Shown here in pieces: positions 49,001 to 57,574 of a DNA stretch of 64,000 nucleotides. Where the stretch lies: assembly GCA_963725865.1 (NCBI GenBank), contig CAVSAC010000014.1, positions 1,088,001 to 1,152,000 on the forward strand. Reading direction: 5' to 3'. The position numbers and the translations under genes were made by a program. The notes beneath the pieces were generated by a model. That model searched no databases. It worked only from the letters and a program-made list of their open reading frames with translations, and was not told the origin of the DNA. Each line of letters opens with the position of its first letter. Within the stretch, counting starts at the first letter, position 1. The stretch comes from Candidatus Eiseniibacteriota bacterium. GTDB taxonomy: Bacteria > Eisenbacteria > RBG-16-71-46.

Positions 49001-49351
49001 CACCTGATCGGGGCCCGGGTGCCACGTGAGACGCGTGGGCTCGCCGCCGCCGATCGGGATGGTGTACGCGTCGACGTTGCCGTCGTACTCCGCCGTGAAC
49101 GCGACGGTCTGGCCGTCGGGCGAGAGCTTCGGGAAGGACTCCACGCCCTCGTGCGTCGTGAGGCGGCTCGCGACCCCACCGGCGCGGGACACCGACCACA
49201 GATCGCCCGCGTATACGAACACGATGTGATCGCCTTGGATGTCGGGCTGGCGGAGCAGCCGGCATTCCTCGAGCGCGGCGGCCGGCGACGCCAGCCGCAC
49301 GGAGGCGATCAGCACGAGCACAGCGATGGACCACGGATGCAGCCGGATCAT
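46043..49351 (-). CDS. Tricorn protease homolog (S41: beta-propellers, PDZ and TSP domain), secreted
   Basis: Signal peptide MIRLHPWSIAVLVL, IVFVYAGDLW, WKRYRGG, GELSTSH, RFNGGG, AGSGGD, GKRTWGG, ENHGVDPDI. Confidence 0.93.
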   Translation of the reverse strand: MIRLHPWSIAVLVLIASVRLASPAAALEECRLLRQPDIQGDHIVFVYAGDLWSVSRAGGVASRLTTHEGVESFPKLSPDGQTVAFTAEYDGNVDAYTIPIGGGEPTRLTWHPGPDQVAEWYPDGKSLLVRSPRASSIQRFSRFFKVPAGGGLEELLPLPTAGYCTLSPDGQQIAYVAPAYDNRTWKRYRGGNAPNIWLYDFGKVTSEKLTDWAGADEWPMWHGRSIYYVTDRGGRTANIWVYDLDQKTHRQVTNFADYDVKWASIGGDAIVFENGGYLYVMDLPGEKPARVQVLVPDDKPAARAELRDVSKWITGMDLSPSAKRAVLEARGDLFTVPAKEGDARNLTNTPGARERDPAWSPDGKWIAYLSDKSGEYQLHVIGSDGRTPDRQVTREGTTFRFAPRWSPDSKKLAFSDKTYRLWWVDVATGKLTQADKSDWGEIHDYQWSGDSKWLAYSKAYANGFSRVMLYALDGGKATAVSDGMMDEGWPSFDPAAKYLYFVSRRTIEPQFGAFELDFQFVSTDRIYALSLQDTTLSPVAPKSDEEKPEAAGGDKGDKPGAGKAGGKEDKAAGEKKEEVVPVRIDLAGLESRCAALPVPAGRYIGLQAFKDKLIYFSLGAPNPDDDGPGKGELHVFDLDKRKDQTVLSGVVASWSVSKDGSKILYRSEDGFGIVDAAENQKIGDGKLKTDGLMALVDPHQEWMQMFNEAWRLERDFYYDPAMGGLDWKAVGDRYRQLVPYVAHRADLNYILGELIGELSTSHSYVGGGELPDVARVGTGLLGADYTLDAASGLYRFATIYRERDWNSKVAAPLGEPGIGVKQGDLLLEVNGRPVRAPENVYAAFAGTVGKQTLIKVGTSANDPKARTYTVVPIASEASLRYTAWVDDNREKVAKATGGRIAYIHVPNTAIAGIQEFTKQYYPQIDKQGIIVDERFNGGGFIPDFFVERLWRKTWVAWSTRDGEGFRTPQTAIDGPKCILVNEYAGSGGDAFPFYFKMQGLGPVIGKRTWGGLVGISHSLPFVDGGSVTMPDFGMYDPRTGQWLVENHGVDPDIEVENAPDLMVKGHDPQLEKAIEWSLEQLKTNPPPTWKKPPYKVQEGLAK

Positions 49352-49615
49352 GATGGAGAGGACCTCCGTGTGAGAGGGATCGTTGATGAGTGAAGTGCGC
49401 GCAGTCTCGCGCGGCGCCCACACCGGTGCAAGGTCGGACGCTCCTTGGTACGCGCGGAGGCGACTCGAGGTTGTGTCGCAGTGCGTACGCGCCGCGCTCG
49501 TGTACGAGCTTGCCGCGTGCGTCGTCCGCTCCGGTGCGATGGCATGCGGGCGAGCGCGCCGCCTCCGCGTGGTGCGTTCGAAGTGGGCCGTCGGCCCAGT
49601 CCCAGGGAGCAACCC

Positions 49616-49855
49616 GTGGCGCGTGGCACCGTGAAGTGGCTCAACGAAAGCAAGGGGTTCGGGTTCATCTCGCAGGAGGGTGGCGAGGACGTGTTCGTGC
49701 ACGACTCGGCCATCCAGGGCGACGGCTTCCGGACGCTCGACGCCGGGCGCGCGCGCGCCAGCGCCCCGTGGCGAAGCCGGTCGCACGGGCGCCCGTCATC
49801 CGTGCAAGTCGCGCTCCACCACGCGGCTCAAGCCCTCCCCCGAACAGGCCGATAA
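49616..49855 (+). pseudogene. cspA: Degenerate cold-shock protein gene
   Basis: GTG start after [46 protein letters not shown], after which similarity is lost. Confidence 0.7.
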
Positions 49856-49906
49856 AGCTCGTGACCTCGCAGGACCCCCGAGACCCACGGAGAGGGTACG
49901 TCCCGG

Positions 49907-51661
49907 ATGAACGTGAGCGAGAATCAGCAGGGCATCGAGTTGCCCGTCGAGGCCGGGGCGGGACCCCCCACCGCGGTCAAGGCCGCGCTGTCGGTCCTCA
50001 ACCAGTTCGCGCGCACGCTCAAGACCTGCCGTCTCTACGACGCGAACAACCCGGCCGTGATCCGCTTCCGCGAGGAGTTCGCCGGCACGCTGCGCAAGGT
50101 GATCGCCGAGCACGGCTCGCTCACCTACCGCTTCACCTCCGACGACGTGCTCTACGAGGACGTCTCGCTCTACCCGGCGCGCACGCGTGACGACAACTTC
50201 GCGCTGCCGTTCTTCCGCGACGGCGTTCGCGCGCTGACCTTCAACCCCGGCATCGAGACGCGCGAAGTGGACGCGCTGCTCGACGCGCTGCTGCAGGTCA
50301 CCGGTCAGAACGCGGCCGAGGACGACCTCGTCACCCTGTTCTGGGAGGCGCAGCTCCCGCACCTCGACATCGACTACGTGCCCGCCGAGGGCGAAGTCGG
50401 CAGCGGCGTCGGCGAATTGCACGGCGACGGCGCGATCATGCCGTGGCCGGTCTCGGGCGCCACCGAGGGCGGGCTGGAGGAGAGTGCGGAGGACGACGGC
50501 GGTACGCGCACGGAGGAGGTCGCGGTCACCGCCTCGCGCGCGGACGACTGGAGCACCGGCGACCTCACGGTCGAGATCGAAGCGGGCTTCGAGGAACTCG
50601 ACTCCCTCGCGCCCAGCGAGGTGGCGCGCTTCCGCAAGGAGTTCGACGCCGAGCACGCGGTGCCTTCCGTGACCGCGACGCTGGCGATCGCCTACGCCTA
50701 CCTGTCGGCGGGCGCCAGCGAGGACGACCGTTTCGAGATGGCGCGCTTCCTGCCGCGCGTGCTGCGCCAGTCGGTGACGCACGGCGCCTGGATGGAAGCG
50801 ACTGAGGCGTTGCGGCTGCTGCAGCGCACGGGCAGCCCGGAGTGGTCGCCGGAGACGTTCGCGCAGGAGCTGCTGCAGCCGATCTCGATCGCCGGCATCG
50901 TCGAGCGCCTCGAACCGCAGGAGGGCACGGCGCTGCACGAGTTCGTGTCGTTTGCGTGCGAGCTGGGCGCGCCGTCGGTCGACCTGCTGAACCTGGTGCT
51001 CGGCGAGGTGCAGAACCGCCGCGCGCGCCGGGTGATCGCCGAGACCATCGCCGGTCTGTGCCGCGACAATCCCGAGCGACTCGCGCCGTGGCTCGCGGAC
51101 CCGCGATGGTTCGTGGTGCGCAATGTCGTGCACATCCTCGGCTGGATCGGCGGTGATTCGATCGTCGGCATGCTGCAGACCGCGGCGCGCCATCCCGACC
51201 CGCGCGTCCGTCACGAGGTGGTCGCGGCGCTCTCTCAGGTCGAGCCGCGGCTCGCGCGCCCCCTGTTGGTGCGGTTGCTCGACGGCGCCGACGCGCGGAT
51301 GTTCCTCTCGGTCATGCACCAGCTCTCGGGCGCGCGCGACGTCTCGACGGCGCGCATGCTGCTCGGTTTCCTGGTGGCGCCGGAATTCGACCAGCGACCG
51401 CTCGAGGAGAAGCGCGCGCTGTACGCCGCCCTCGGGGCTTCCGGCGGGGACGAGGTGCTGCCCGAGCTCGAGGCCGAGCTGCACAAGGGCAACTGGTTCT
51501 CGCGCCACCAGGAGGTCCACCGCCAGTCGGTGGCGCGCATCATCGCCCGCATCGGTACGCCGGCGGCACGCGAGATCCTCGATCGGGGTGCGCAGTCGCG
51601 TCGCGCGCCGGTCCGCAAGGCCTGCGAGGACGCCGCGACCGGGATCGACGCCCATGACTGA
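49907..51661 (+). CDS. HEAT-repeat protein
   Basis: LADPRWFVVRNVVHILG, HPDPRVRHEVVAAL; acidic central region. Confidence 0.85.
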   Translation: MNVSENQQGIELPVEAGAGPPTAVKAALSVLNQFARTLKTCRLYDANNPAVIRFREEFAGTLRKVIAEHGSLTYRFTSDDVLYEDVSLYPARTRDDNFALPFFRDGVRALTFNPGIETREVDALLDALLQVTGQNAAEDDLVTLFWEAQLPHLDIDYVPAEGEVGSGVGELHGDGAIMPWPVSGATEGGLEESAEDDGGTRTEEVAVTASRADDWSTGDLTVEIEAGFEELDSLAPSEVARFRKEFDAEHAVPSVTATLAIAYAYLSAGASEDDRFEMARFLPRVLRQSVTHGAWMEATEALRLLQRTGSPEWSPETFAQELLQPISIAGIVERLEPQEGTALHEFVSFACELGAPSVDLLNLVLGEVQNRRARRVIAETIAGLCRDNPERLAPWLADPRWFVVRNVVHILGWIGGDSIVGMLQTAARHPDPRVRHEVVAALSQVEPRLARPLLVRLLDGADARMFLSVMHQLSGARDVSTARMLLGFLVAPEFDQRPLEEKRALYAALGASGGDEVLPELEAELHKGNWFSRHQEVHRQSVARIIARIGTPAAREILDRGAQSRRAPVRKACEDAATGIDAHD

Positions 51662-53117
51662 AGCCGACAAGCCCGCGCCGGCGCCCGAGCGCGCCAACGA
51701 GAACGCGGCGATCGCCGAGATCGGCGCGACGCTGCTGGTGCGCCTGTCGGCGCTGCTCCGCACCGCGCGCACTTACGACGTCACGAACCAGGCCTTCCAG
51801 CGCCAGCTCCACGACTGCCACGCGGTGCTGCTGCGTGGGCTCGAGGAGGAGGACGAGGTCGCGCTGGTCGCGGTCGCGGACTACTTCTACCTGAACGGCG
51901 TGCGCATCCGCGCGCAGGCCTCGCTGCTCGCCGTCTACCACGCGCTGATGGCCGAGTTCGAGCGCCGCTCGCTCGGCGGCGTGCGGTTCCTGCAGGGCGT
52001 CACGCCGGCCCAGCTCGAGCGGTTCTTCCAGCTGTTCATCGCGGCCGACGATCCGGTGGTCGCCGAGCGGCTCCCCGAGGCGGTGGCCGAGGCCAGCATC
52101 GAGCACATCATCCCGGTCCCGGCGGTGGAGCTGGACGAGGACGACCTGACCCGCTCGCTGGAGGAGAAGAGCGAGGCCACCACCGAGCGCGGCCGCGCCA
52201 AGCGCGTGTTCTGGCGCGCGGTGCTCGGGACCAAGAAGATCGTGCTGCGCGCGATGCAGACGGGCCGACCCGACCTGCGCCACGCGAAGCGCCTGGTGCA
52301 GCCGCTCGTGGACAGCGTCATGCGCCACGAGTACTCGATCGTGGGTCTCACCGCGCTCAAGGACCACGACGAGTACACCTACGCTCACTGCGTGAACGTG
52401 AGCGTGCTGTCGGTGAACATGGGCGCGGTGCTCGGGATGTCGCGCCAGGCCCTCGCCGACCTGGGCGTGTCCGCGCTGCTGCACGACATCGGCAAGATCG
52501 CGGTGCCGGCGGACGTGCTGCGCAAGCCCGCGGCGCTGAACGCCGAGGAGTGGACGCTGGTGCGCCGTCACCCGATCGAGGGCGCCAAGATGATGGCGCG
52601 CATGCCCGGGCTCTCGCCGCTGACGCTCGACGCGATGCGCGTGTGCCTCGAGCACCACATGAACTTCGACCGCACCGGCTACCCCGAGGTCCAGCTGGAG
52701 TGGGGGCAGGCGACCATGTCGCGGATCGTCTCGGTCGCCGACTGCTTCGACGCGATCACCGCGCACCGCGCATACCACAAGCGGCCGCGTACCGCGTTCG
52801 AGGGCCTTCAGTACATGCTCGGCCCGGCGCGCGTGCAGTTCGACCCGGCGGTGCTGTGGGCGCTGGTGCGGACGATCGGGCTCTATCCGGCGGGCTCCGT
52901 CCTGCACACCGACTCCGGCCACGTGGTGGTGGCCCTGAGCCCGAACCCGCACGACCTGCGGCGCCCGAATTGCCGGGTGCTGGTGCGCCCTGACGGATCG
53001 GCGCCGGGCGAAGACGCGCCGGAGCTCTGGAACCCGATGCCGGCGGCCCGCAGCGTGCAGCGAGTGCTGCGTCCCGAGGAGCACGCGGCCAACACCGCGG
53101 ACTACCTGGCGGCCTGA
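51654..53117 (+). CDS. HD-GYP domain phosphodiesterase
   Basis: DEYTYAHCVNV, LLHDIGK, EHHMNFDRTGYP, VADCFDAIT..RAY, IGLYPAGS. Confidence 0.9.
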   Translation: MTEADKPAPAPERANENAAIAEIGATLLVRLSALLRTARTYDVTNQAFQRQLHDCHAVLLRGLEEEDEVALVAVADYFYLNGVRIRAQASLLAVYHALMAEFERRSLGGVRFLQGVTPAQLERFFQLFIAADDPVVAERLPEAVAEASIEHIIPVPAVELDEDDLTRSLEEKSEATTERGRAKRVFWRAVLGTKKIVLRAMQTGRPDLRHAKRLVQPLVDSVMRHEYSIVGLTALKDHDEYTYAHCVNVSVLSVNMGAVLGMSRQALADLGVSALLHDIGKIAVPADVLRKPAALNAEEWTLVRRHPIEGAKMMARMPGLSPLTLDAMRVCLEHHMNFDRTGYPEVQLEWGQATMSRIVSVADCFDAITAHRAYHKRPRTAFEGLQYMLGPARVQFDPAVLWALVRTIGLYPAGSVLHTDSGHVVVALSPNPHDLRRPNCRVLVRPDGSAPGEDAPELWNPMPAARSVQRVLRPEEHAANTADYLAA

Positions 53118-53206
53118 TCGCGCGCGGCCGGCGGGGCGTCCGCGGGCCCGCGGGAAGCGTCGGCGGGCAACGGGCGCGGCGCCGAGATGCTTCGGCGCAC
53201 ACACGA

Positions 53207-53232
53207 ACGGGCGGCGATCGCTCGCCGCCCGT
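53207..53232. terminator. Hairpin between convergent genes
   Basis: acgggcggcga-tcgc-tcgccgcccgt, an 11-bp stem. Confidence 0.55.
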
Positions 53233-53314
53233 CGTGCTCTCGAGAGTGCCGTTGCGCAGCCCTGGACGCTCCCCGTCTCCAGCCACGCGTGACTGGCCCC
53301 TCGATGAGTCCTCG

Positions 53315-53842
53315 CTAGTCGTCGTACTCCTCGCCGTCGTACCGGCCACGGTCACGACCGCGTCCGTACTCGTCGCCACGCCAGTTGTCGTCGCAGCGCC
53401 AGCCACCGTCGCGCCAGATCTCGCGCCGCATGCACTCGCCGCTGCGCACGTCGATCACGCGCACCACCGCGGGGTGGTGGGAGTGGCGCAGGTGCCACTC
53501 GTAGCGGTCGAGCGACGCCATGCGCTCTTCGCAGTAGGGGTCCCAGTAGTAGTAGCTGGAGGCCTCGATCGCGGGCTGCCCGGCGTGCGCCACCGCGGTG
53601 CCGAGCACGAATCCGCCGATCAGCCCGGCGAGCACCGGCGCCACGTTCGAGGACGACCGGTGCACGATCACCCCGCGCTGCGGGTAGACCACGCGCTCGA
53701 TGACCTGATGTCCGCGCGAACGGGCGCGCACCTTGTAGCCGCTCCCCGGCCCGCGACCGGCCAGCGCGGCGGGGGCGAGAGTGCCGAGCGCGAGCACCGT
53801 GCAGAGCGTTCCGGCGGTCCAACGGCGAGTCGTGGCCGACAT
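53315..53842 (-). CDS. Secreted/membrane hypothetical protein (glycine-zipper-like segment, Tyr/Trp/His-rich C-terminus)
   Basis: Signal MSATTRRWTAGTLCTVLALGTLAPAALA, LAGLIGGFVLGTAV, YYYWDPYC. GAGGAG RBS. Confidence 0.7.
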   Translation of the reverse strand: MSATTRRWTAGTLCTVLALGTLAPAALAGRGPGSGYKVRARSRGHQVIERVVYPQRGVIVHRSSSNVAPVLAGLIGGFVLGTAVAHAGQPAIEASSYYYWDPYCEERMASLDRYEWHLRHSHHPAVVRVIDVRSGECMRREIWRDGGWRCDDNWRGDEYGRGRDRGRYDGEEYDD

Positions 53843-53890
53843 GACGTCCTCCTCGGGATCGGGATGTTCGCTGCGTCCGCTCCGGAATAG

Positions 53891-53906
53891 AGCAGCCTCC
53901 GTGCCA
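53891..53906 (-). promoter_or_regulatory. Probable sigma-54 promoter
   Basis: Minus strand TGGCACGGAGGCTGCT (GG-N10-GC), about 50 bp upstream of ATG 53842. Confidence 0.65.
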
Positions 53907-54021
53907 CGTGGCGTCGTCGATGCGAGGCAAGGCCTTAGGCCTGCCCGCGCGCCAGCCCAGATCGCGGCACGCGGCCGGCGTGCCTCCCGGTGTGGCGCGA
54001 CCGCCACGACGTGCGCGGGGC

Positions 54022-54055
54022 AACGAAACGGCCGGCCCCGGGGGGAGGCCGGCCG
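54022..54055 (-). terminator. Rho-independent terminator after the cupredoxin gene
   Basis: cggccggcc...ggccggccg stem followed on the minus strand by TTTCGTT. Confidence 0.6.
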
Positions 54056-54077
54056 CTCGGATCGGGGGCGATGCCGG

Positions 54078-54476
54078 TCAGTTACTCGTGACCGTGTGGG
54101 GGGACGCGTTGTTGTTCGTCCAGACCACCTTTCCGCCGGTGCGCAAGGTCACGCTGGGCGGGCCGAACGGCTGCGGCGCTGCCATCCCATTGATGCTCAC
54201 CGTCAACACGGTGTCGCCCGCGGGCGCGGTATCGCTGACGATCACCGAGCCCGTCATGCTGGGGTGGATGGAGCAGTGGTAGGGAAACGTCGCCGCAGCG
54301 AAGAAGCGATGGGTGAAGGTCTGGCTCTGGCTGAGCGTCGGCGAGTCCAGTTCCTTGGCCGGGGGAGGACCGGTCGTGCCGCCGCCGCCGCCGCTGCCGC
54401 CGCAGGACGAGAGCTCGAACGTGGCGACCACCGCGGCCGCGGCGAGAAGGGCGAATCGGGTGCGACGGCGAAGCAT
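54078..54476 (-). CDS. Circularly permuted plastocyanin/amicyanin-like cupredoxin lipoprotein
   Basis: Lipobox LSSC and Gly linker. FPYHCSIHPSMTGSVIV comes before FGPPSVTLRTGGKVVWTNNNASPHTVTSN. GGAGG RBS. Confidence 0.8.
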   Translation of the reverse strand: MLRRRTRFALLAAAAVVATFELSSCGGSGGGGGTTGPPPAKELDSPTLSQSQTFTHRFFAAATFPYHCSIHPSMTGSVIVSDTAPAGDTVLTVSINGMAAPQPFGPPSVTLRTGGKVVWTNNNASPHTVTSN

Positions 54477-54615
54477 GAATCCTCCACGAATGTCCCGGTC
54501 GCGACCTGGGGAACTGATGGTGTCCGCACCTATCGATAACGAGTCGGGGCGCGAGGTGCGGAGTATCACGAGCGGCGCGGCGACGGGTTCATCCCGGCTG
54601 AACCGCGAAGGCGGC

Positions 54616-55647
54616 TCAGTCCATCCAGTGGACGACCTCGGCGGGCGCGAGCGTCAGCGGCGGGAGATTCCAGCGCCAAGCGTTCAACGTGCTGCCGTCG
54701 GGCTCGAGCCACAGCACGCCGATGTCGCGGTGGCTGGCGGCGAACTCCGAGGTGCTTTCACGACCCATCACCTGGAACGCGCGAGCCAGCCCCTGGGCGC
54801 GGGCGGCCGAGCGGGTGATCACGGCCACCGTGGCGGTGGTGTAGATCAGCAGGCCGGTGCGCGGATCGATCGTCCGCGCCCGCGCGTCGACCTGGGCGAC
54901 GGCGGCCTGTCGCGCGGTGAGGGACAGCAGGGGCCGGTCGGACTGGCCGGGGTAGCTCACCGGCAGTTCCCAACCGGAGCCCTCGTCCGCGAACACGCTG
55001 CGCACCTCGCCGAGCGCGAGCCGCGCGCGTCGCACCCCATAGGCGCGGAGCGAGTCGACCGCGCGGTCGAGCGCGACGCCGCGTGCGACGCCGTCCAGGT
55101 CGAGGCCCATGCCCGGGCGCGGGAACCTCACCGCGCGCGTGCCGGGCTCCAGCTGCACCAGCGTCCAGCCGCTGCTCACTCGCGCGCGGGCGAGCGCCGC
55201 GGGGTCGGGACGCGCGGTCGCGGCCTCGTCCCACGCGCGGGTGAGCGGCGCGGCGGTCGGGTCGTAGGCGCCGTCGGTCTCGCGTGCCAACGCGAGCGCG
55301 GTCTGGAGCGCGCTCCACAGCTCGCTGGAGCACGGGACGCGCGCCTCGAACGCGTTCGCACTCAGCCGCGCCAGCTCGCCGCCCGGGGCGTCGCGATCGA
55401 GCAGCGCGCCCAGCCGCTCGAACTCGTCGAGCACGGCGTCGCGCGCGCGCTCGGTGCTCGCGCGCATGCGGCCGTCGAGTTCGACCCGGCCGGTGGCGCC
55501 GAAGGCCGCACGCGAGCCCTCGGCGTGCGCGAGCACCGCGGAGTGGTGGGCGCGTTCGCGGGGCTTCGCCGAGGCGGTCGGGGCACCGGCCGCCAGGAGC
55601 GCGCATGCCGCCACCAGCCAGGCCCCCGGCGCGACGTGGCGCGTCAT
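54616..55647 (-). CDS. apbE: ApbE-like FAD:protein FMN transferase, divergent
   Basis: Signal peptide, AFGAT, ETDGAYDPTAAPL..AW, GMGLDLDGVARGVALD, IDPRTG. Confidence 0.75.
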   Translation of the reverse strand: MTRHVAPGAWLVAACALLAAGAPTASAKPRERAHHSAVLAHAEGSRAAFGATGRVELDGRMRASTERARDAVLDEFERLGALLDRDAPGGELARLSANAFEARVPCSSELWSALQTALALARETDGAYDPTAAPLTRAWDEAATARPDPAALARARVSSGWTLVQLEPGTRAVRFPRPGMGLDLDGVARGVALDRAVDSLRAYGVRRARLALGEVRSVFADEGSGWELPVSYPGQSDRPLLSLTARQAAVAQVDARARTIDPRTGLLIYTTATVAVITRSAARAQGLARAFQVMGRESTSEFAASHRDIGVLWLEPDGSTLNAWRWNLPPLTLAPAEVVHWMD

Positions 55648-56195
55648 GCGCCCCCCGCGCCGCGTCCCGGACCGGGATGGAGGTGGGGAGTCTCGGGCAG
55701 GCACGAGAGCCCGCACACCGAGCACGCGTCGCTGGACGCGCACGAACGGTGGTAGCGCGCGAAGCGGCCTGCGAACAGCGCCGCGGACTCCGGGTCCTCT
55801 CGCACCCACTTCACCAGGTCCACCAGCCGCTCCGTGGTGGCGGTCGAGAGGTCGTGCTCGATCAAGCAGGCCTCGGCCTCCGCGCGCTCCGCCGGCACCC
55901 CCAGCATCTCGGCCAGGAAGACGCGCAGCACGCTGAATCGATGATGCACCTCGCGCGCGGCCCGCTCGCCGGCCGCGGTGAGCAGGAGGAAGCGCCGATC
56001 GTCGTGCGCCATCAGCCCGCGGGCCTCGAGCGGTCGCAGGCCGACCGAGAGCGTGGCGGGCGCCACGCCCAGCTCGCGCGCCACGTCGGCCAGCCGGGCG
56101 TAACCCCGACGCGAGCGGAGCTCCCAGATGGCCCGGAGGTAGTGCTCATGGCTGGGACTCAGGGGGCGCGTTCGCTGCTGCTTGCCCGAGAGCAT
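55644..56195 (-). CDS. DtxR/MntR family metal-dependent repressor with a Cys-rich tail
   Basis: LSPSHEHYLRAI, ARLADVARELGVAPAT, LTAAG, FLAEMLGV, EACLIEHDLS; tail CASSDACSVCGLSC. Confidence 0.88.
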   Translation of the reverse strand: MLSGKQQRTRPLSPSHEHYLRAIWELRSRRGYARLADVARELGVAPATLSVGLRPLEARGLMAHDDRRFLLLTAAGERAAREVHHRFSVLRVFLAEMLGVPAERAEAEACLIEHDLSTATTERLVDLVKWVREDPESAALFAGRFARYHRSCASSDACSVCGLSCLPETPHLHPGPGRGAGGA

Positions 56196-56215
56196 CGAGG
56201 CCTCCGAGGAGAGCA

Positions 56216-56249
56216 TTAGGCTTGACTAACGGATAGCAGATGAGACTAA
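56216..56249. promoter_or_regulatory. Probable DtxR/MntR operator between the divergent repressor and heme oxygenase genes
   Basis: TTAGGCTTGACTAA imperfect palindrome at 56216-56229, with a second GACTAA 20 bp downstream. Confidence 0.65.
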
Positions 56250-56329
56250 TTACGCCCCCGGACGATCCGGGTCAAGGCTTCATCTTCGGCTCGCGGCCGC
56301 TCCCGCTCTCTCCGGCACGAGGACTCCCG

Positions 56330-56977
56330 ATGCACGATCCGCTCTCGCTTCGACTCCGCGAAGGTACTCGCGACGCCCACCGGGCCGCCGAACACTCGCC
56401 ATTCATCCAGGCCCTGTTGCACGGGCAGCTCGACCGGCCGACGTACGCACGCTTCCTGGTGGATCTCCACGCGCTCTACGGCGCGCTCGAGCTGGCGCTC
56501 GCGCGTCATCGCGACGACCCGGCGATCGGCTGGCTCGTGAACCCGGCGCTCGCGCGCGTCCCCGCGCTCGAGCGCGACCTGGAGTTCTTCCTCGGCCCGG
56601 GCTGGCGCGCGGCGGCGGAGCCGTCCGCGGCCGGCAGCGGCTACGCCGCCCACCTGACGGATCGCGCGACGGACGACCCGCTCGCGCTGGTCGCGCACGC
56701 GTACACGCGCTATCTCGGCGACCTCTCGGGCGGCCAGGTGATGGCGCGAGTCCTCGCGCGCAACCTCGGTCTCGCGGAGGACGACGGACTGTCGTTCTAC
56801 TCGTTCCCCACGATCGCCGACCTCGCCGCGTTCAAGCACGACTTCCGCGTCGCGCTCGATGGCGTCACGAGCGACCCCGCGGTCATCGATCGACTGGTGG
56901 AGGAAGCTCGGCAGGCCTTCGCCTGGAACACCCGCGTCGCGGATACCGCCCTGGAGCCGGGCACCGCGCGAGTGTGA
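56330..56977 (+). CDS. Biliverdin-producing heme oxygenase (HmuO/HO-1 type)
   Basis: LREGTRDAHRAAE, LERDLEFF, LVAHAYTRYLGDLSGGQ, EEARQAF. Confidence 0.93.
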   Translation: MHDPLSLRLREGTRDAHRAAEHSPFIQALLHGQLDRPTYARFLVDLHALYGALELALARHRDDPAIGWLVNPALARVPALERDLEFFLGPGWRAAAEPSAAGSGYAAHLTDRATDDPLALVAHAYTRYLGDLSGGQVMARVLARNLGLAEDDGLSFYSFPTIADLAAFKHDFRVALDGVTSDPAVIDRLVEEARQAFAWNTRVADTALEPGTARV

Positions 56978-56983
56978 CCGCGC

Positions 56984-57559
56984 TCAGTTCCCATGGTGTC
57001 GCGGGGTGCTCAGCAGCAGCCACCACGCGAGCAGGCTGAGGGCCTCGATGTCGGGCAGCCGCCGTCCGTTCTCGCCGACGCGCACCTCGCCGTCGACGCG
57101 GAAGAGACCGTGGCGCATGCGGGCGGTGAGCTGCTCGAAGCCCTCCGCGTTCGCCACGGTGGCGGAGTGCCCGAGCCAACCGGGCTTCCAGACCAGCGTC
57201 TCGCCGGCAGTGCGCTCGATGCGGCCGGTCCGGAACCAGCCCGGGCGGAATCGCAGCAGCGGTTCCGGCTCGCGATCGCGCACCACCGTGTAGGCGCCGA
57301 GCCAGCCCCGCCGCTGGAGCCGCCAGCGACCCGTCGTCGTCTCGACCTCGGCGTCAGACCGAAACGCGCCGCGGACGTGGAGGGTCGCGAGCAGGGCACC
57401 CTCGGTCCACGCTTCCCAGTCCGGTGCCCACCAGCGGCCGACCTGCCGCCACTCCTGCACCGTCGCGGAGCCGAGCGCGGCGCGCGCGCGATCCGGGGCC
57501 GTCGCGGCCGAGCGGGCCTCTCCCGCGGGGACCATCACCTGGACACTGCGCCTCAGCAT
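56984..57559 (-). CDS. Hypothetical beta-rich protein
   Basis: Fills the gap after the SPFH-Arc genes; Trp/Gly-rich repeated strands ending in a C-terminal helix. Confidence 0.55.
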   Translation of the reverse strand: MLRRSVQVMVPAGEARSAATAPDRARAALGSATVQEWRQVGRWWAPDWEAWTEGALLATLHVRGAFRSDAEVETTTGRWRLQRRGWLGAYTVVRDREPEPLLRFRPGWFRTGRIERTAGETLVWKPGWLGHSATVANAEGFEQLTARMRHGLFRVDGEVRVGENGRRLPDIEALSLLAWWLLLSTPRHHGN

Positions 57560-57574
57560 CGCCGCCTCCGCGGA

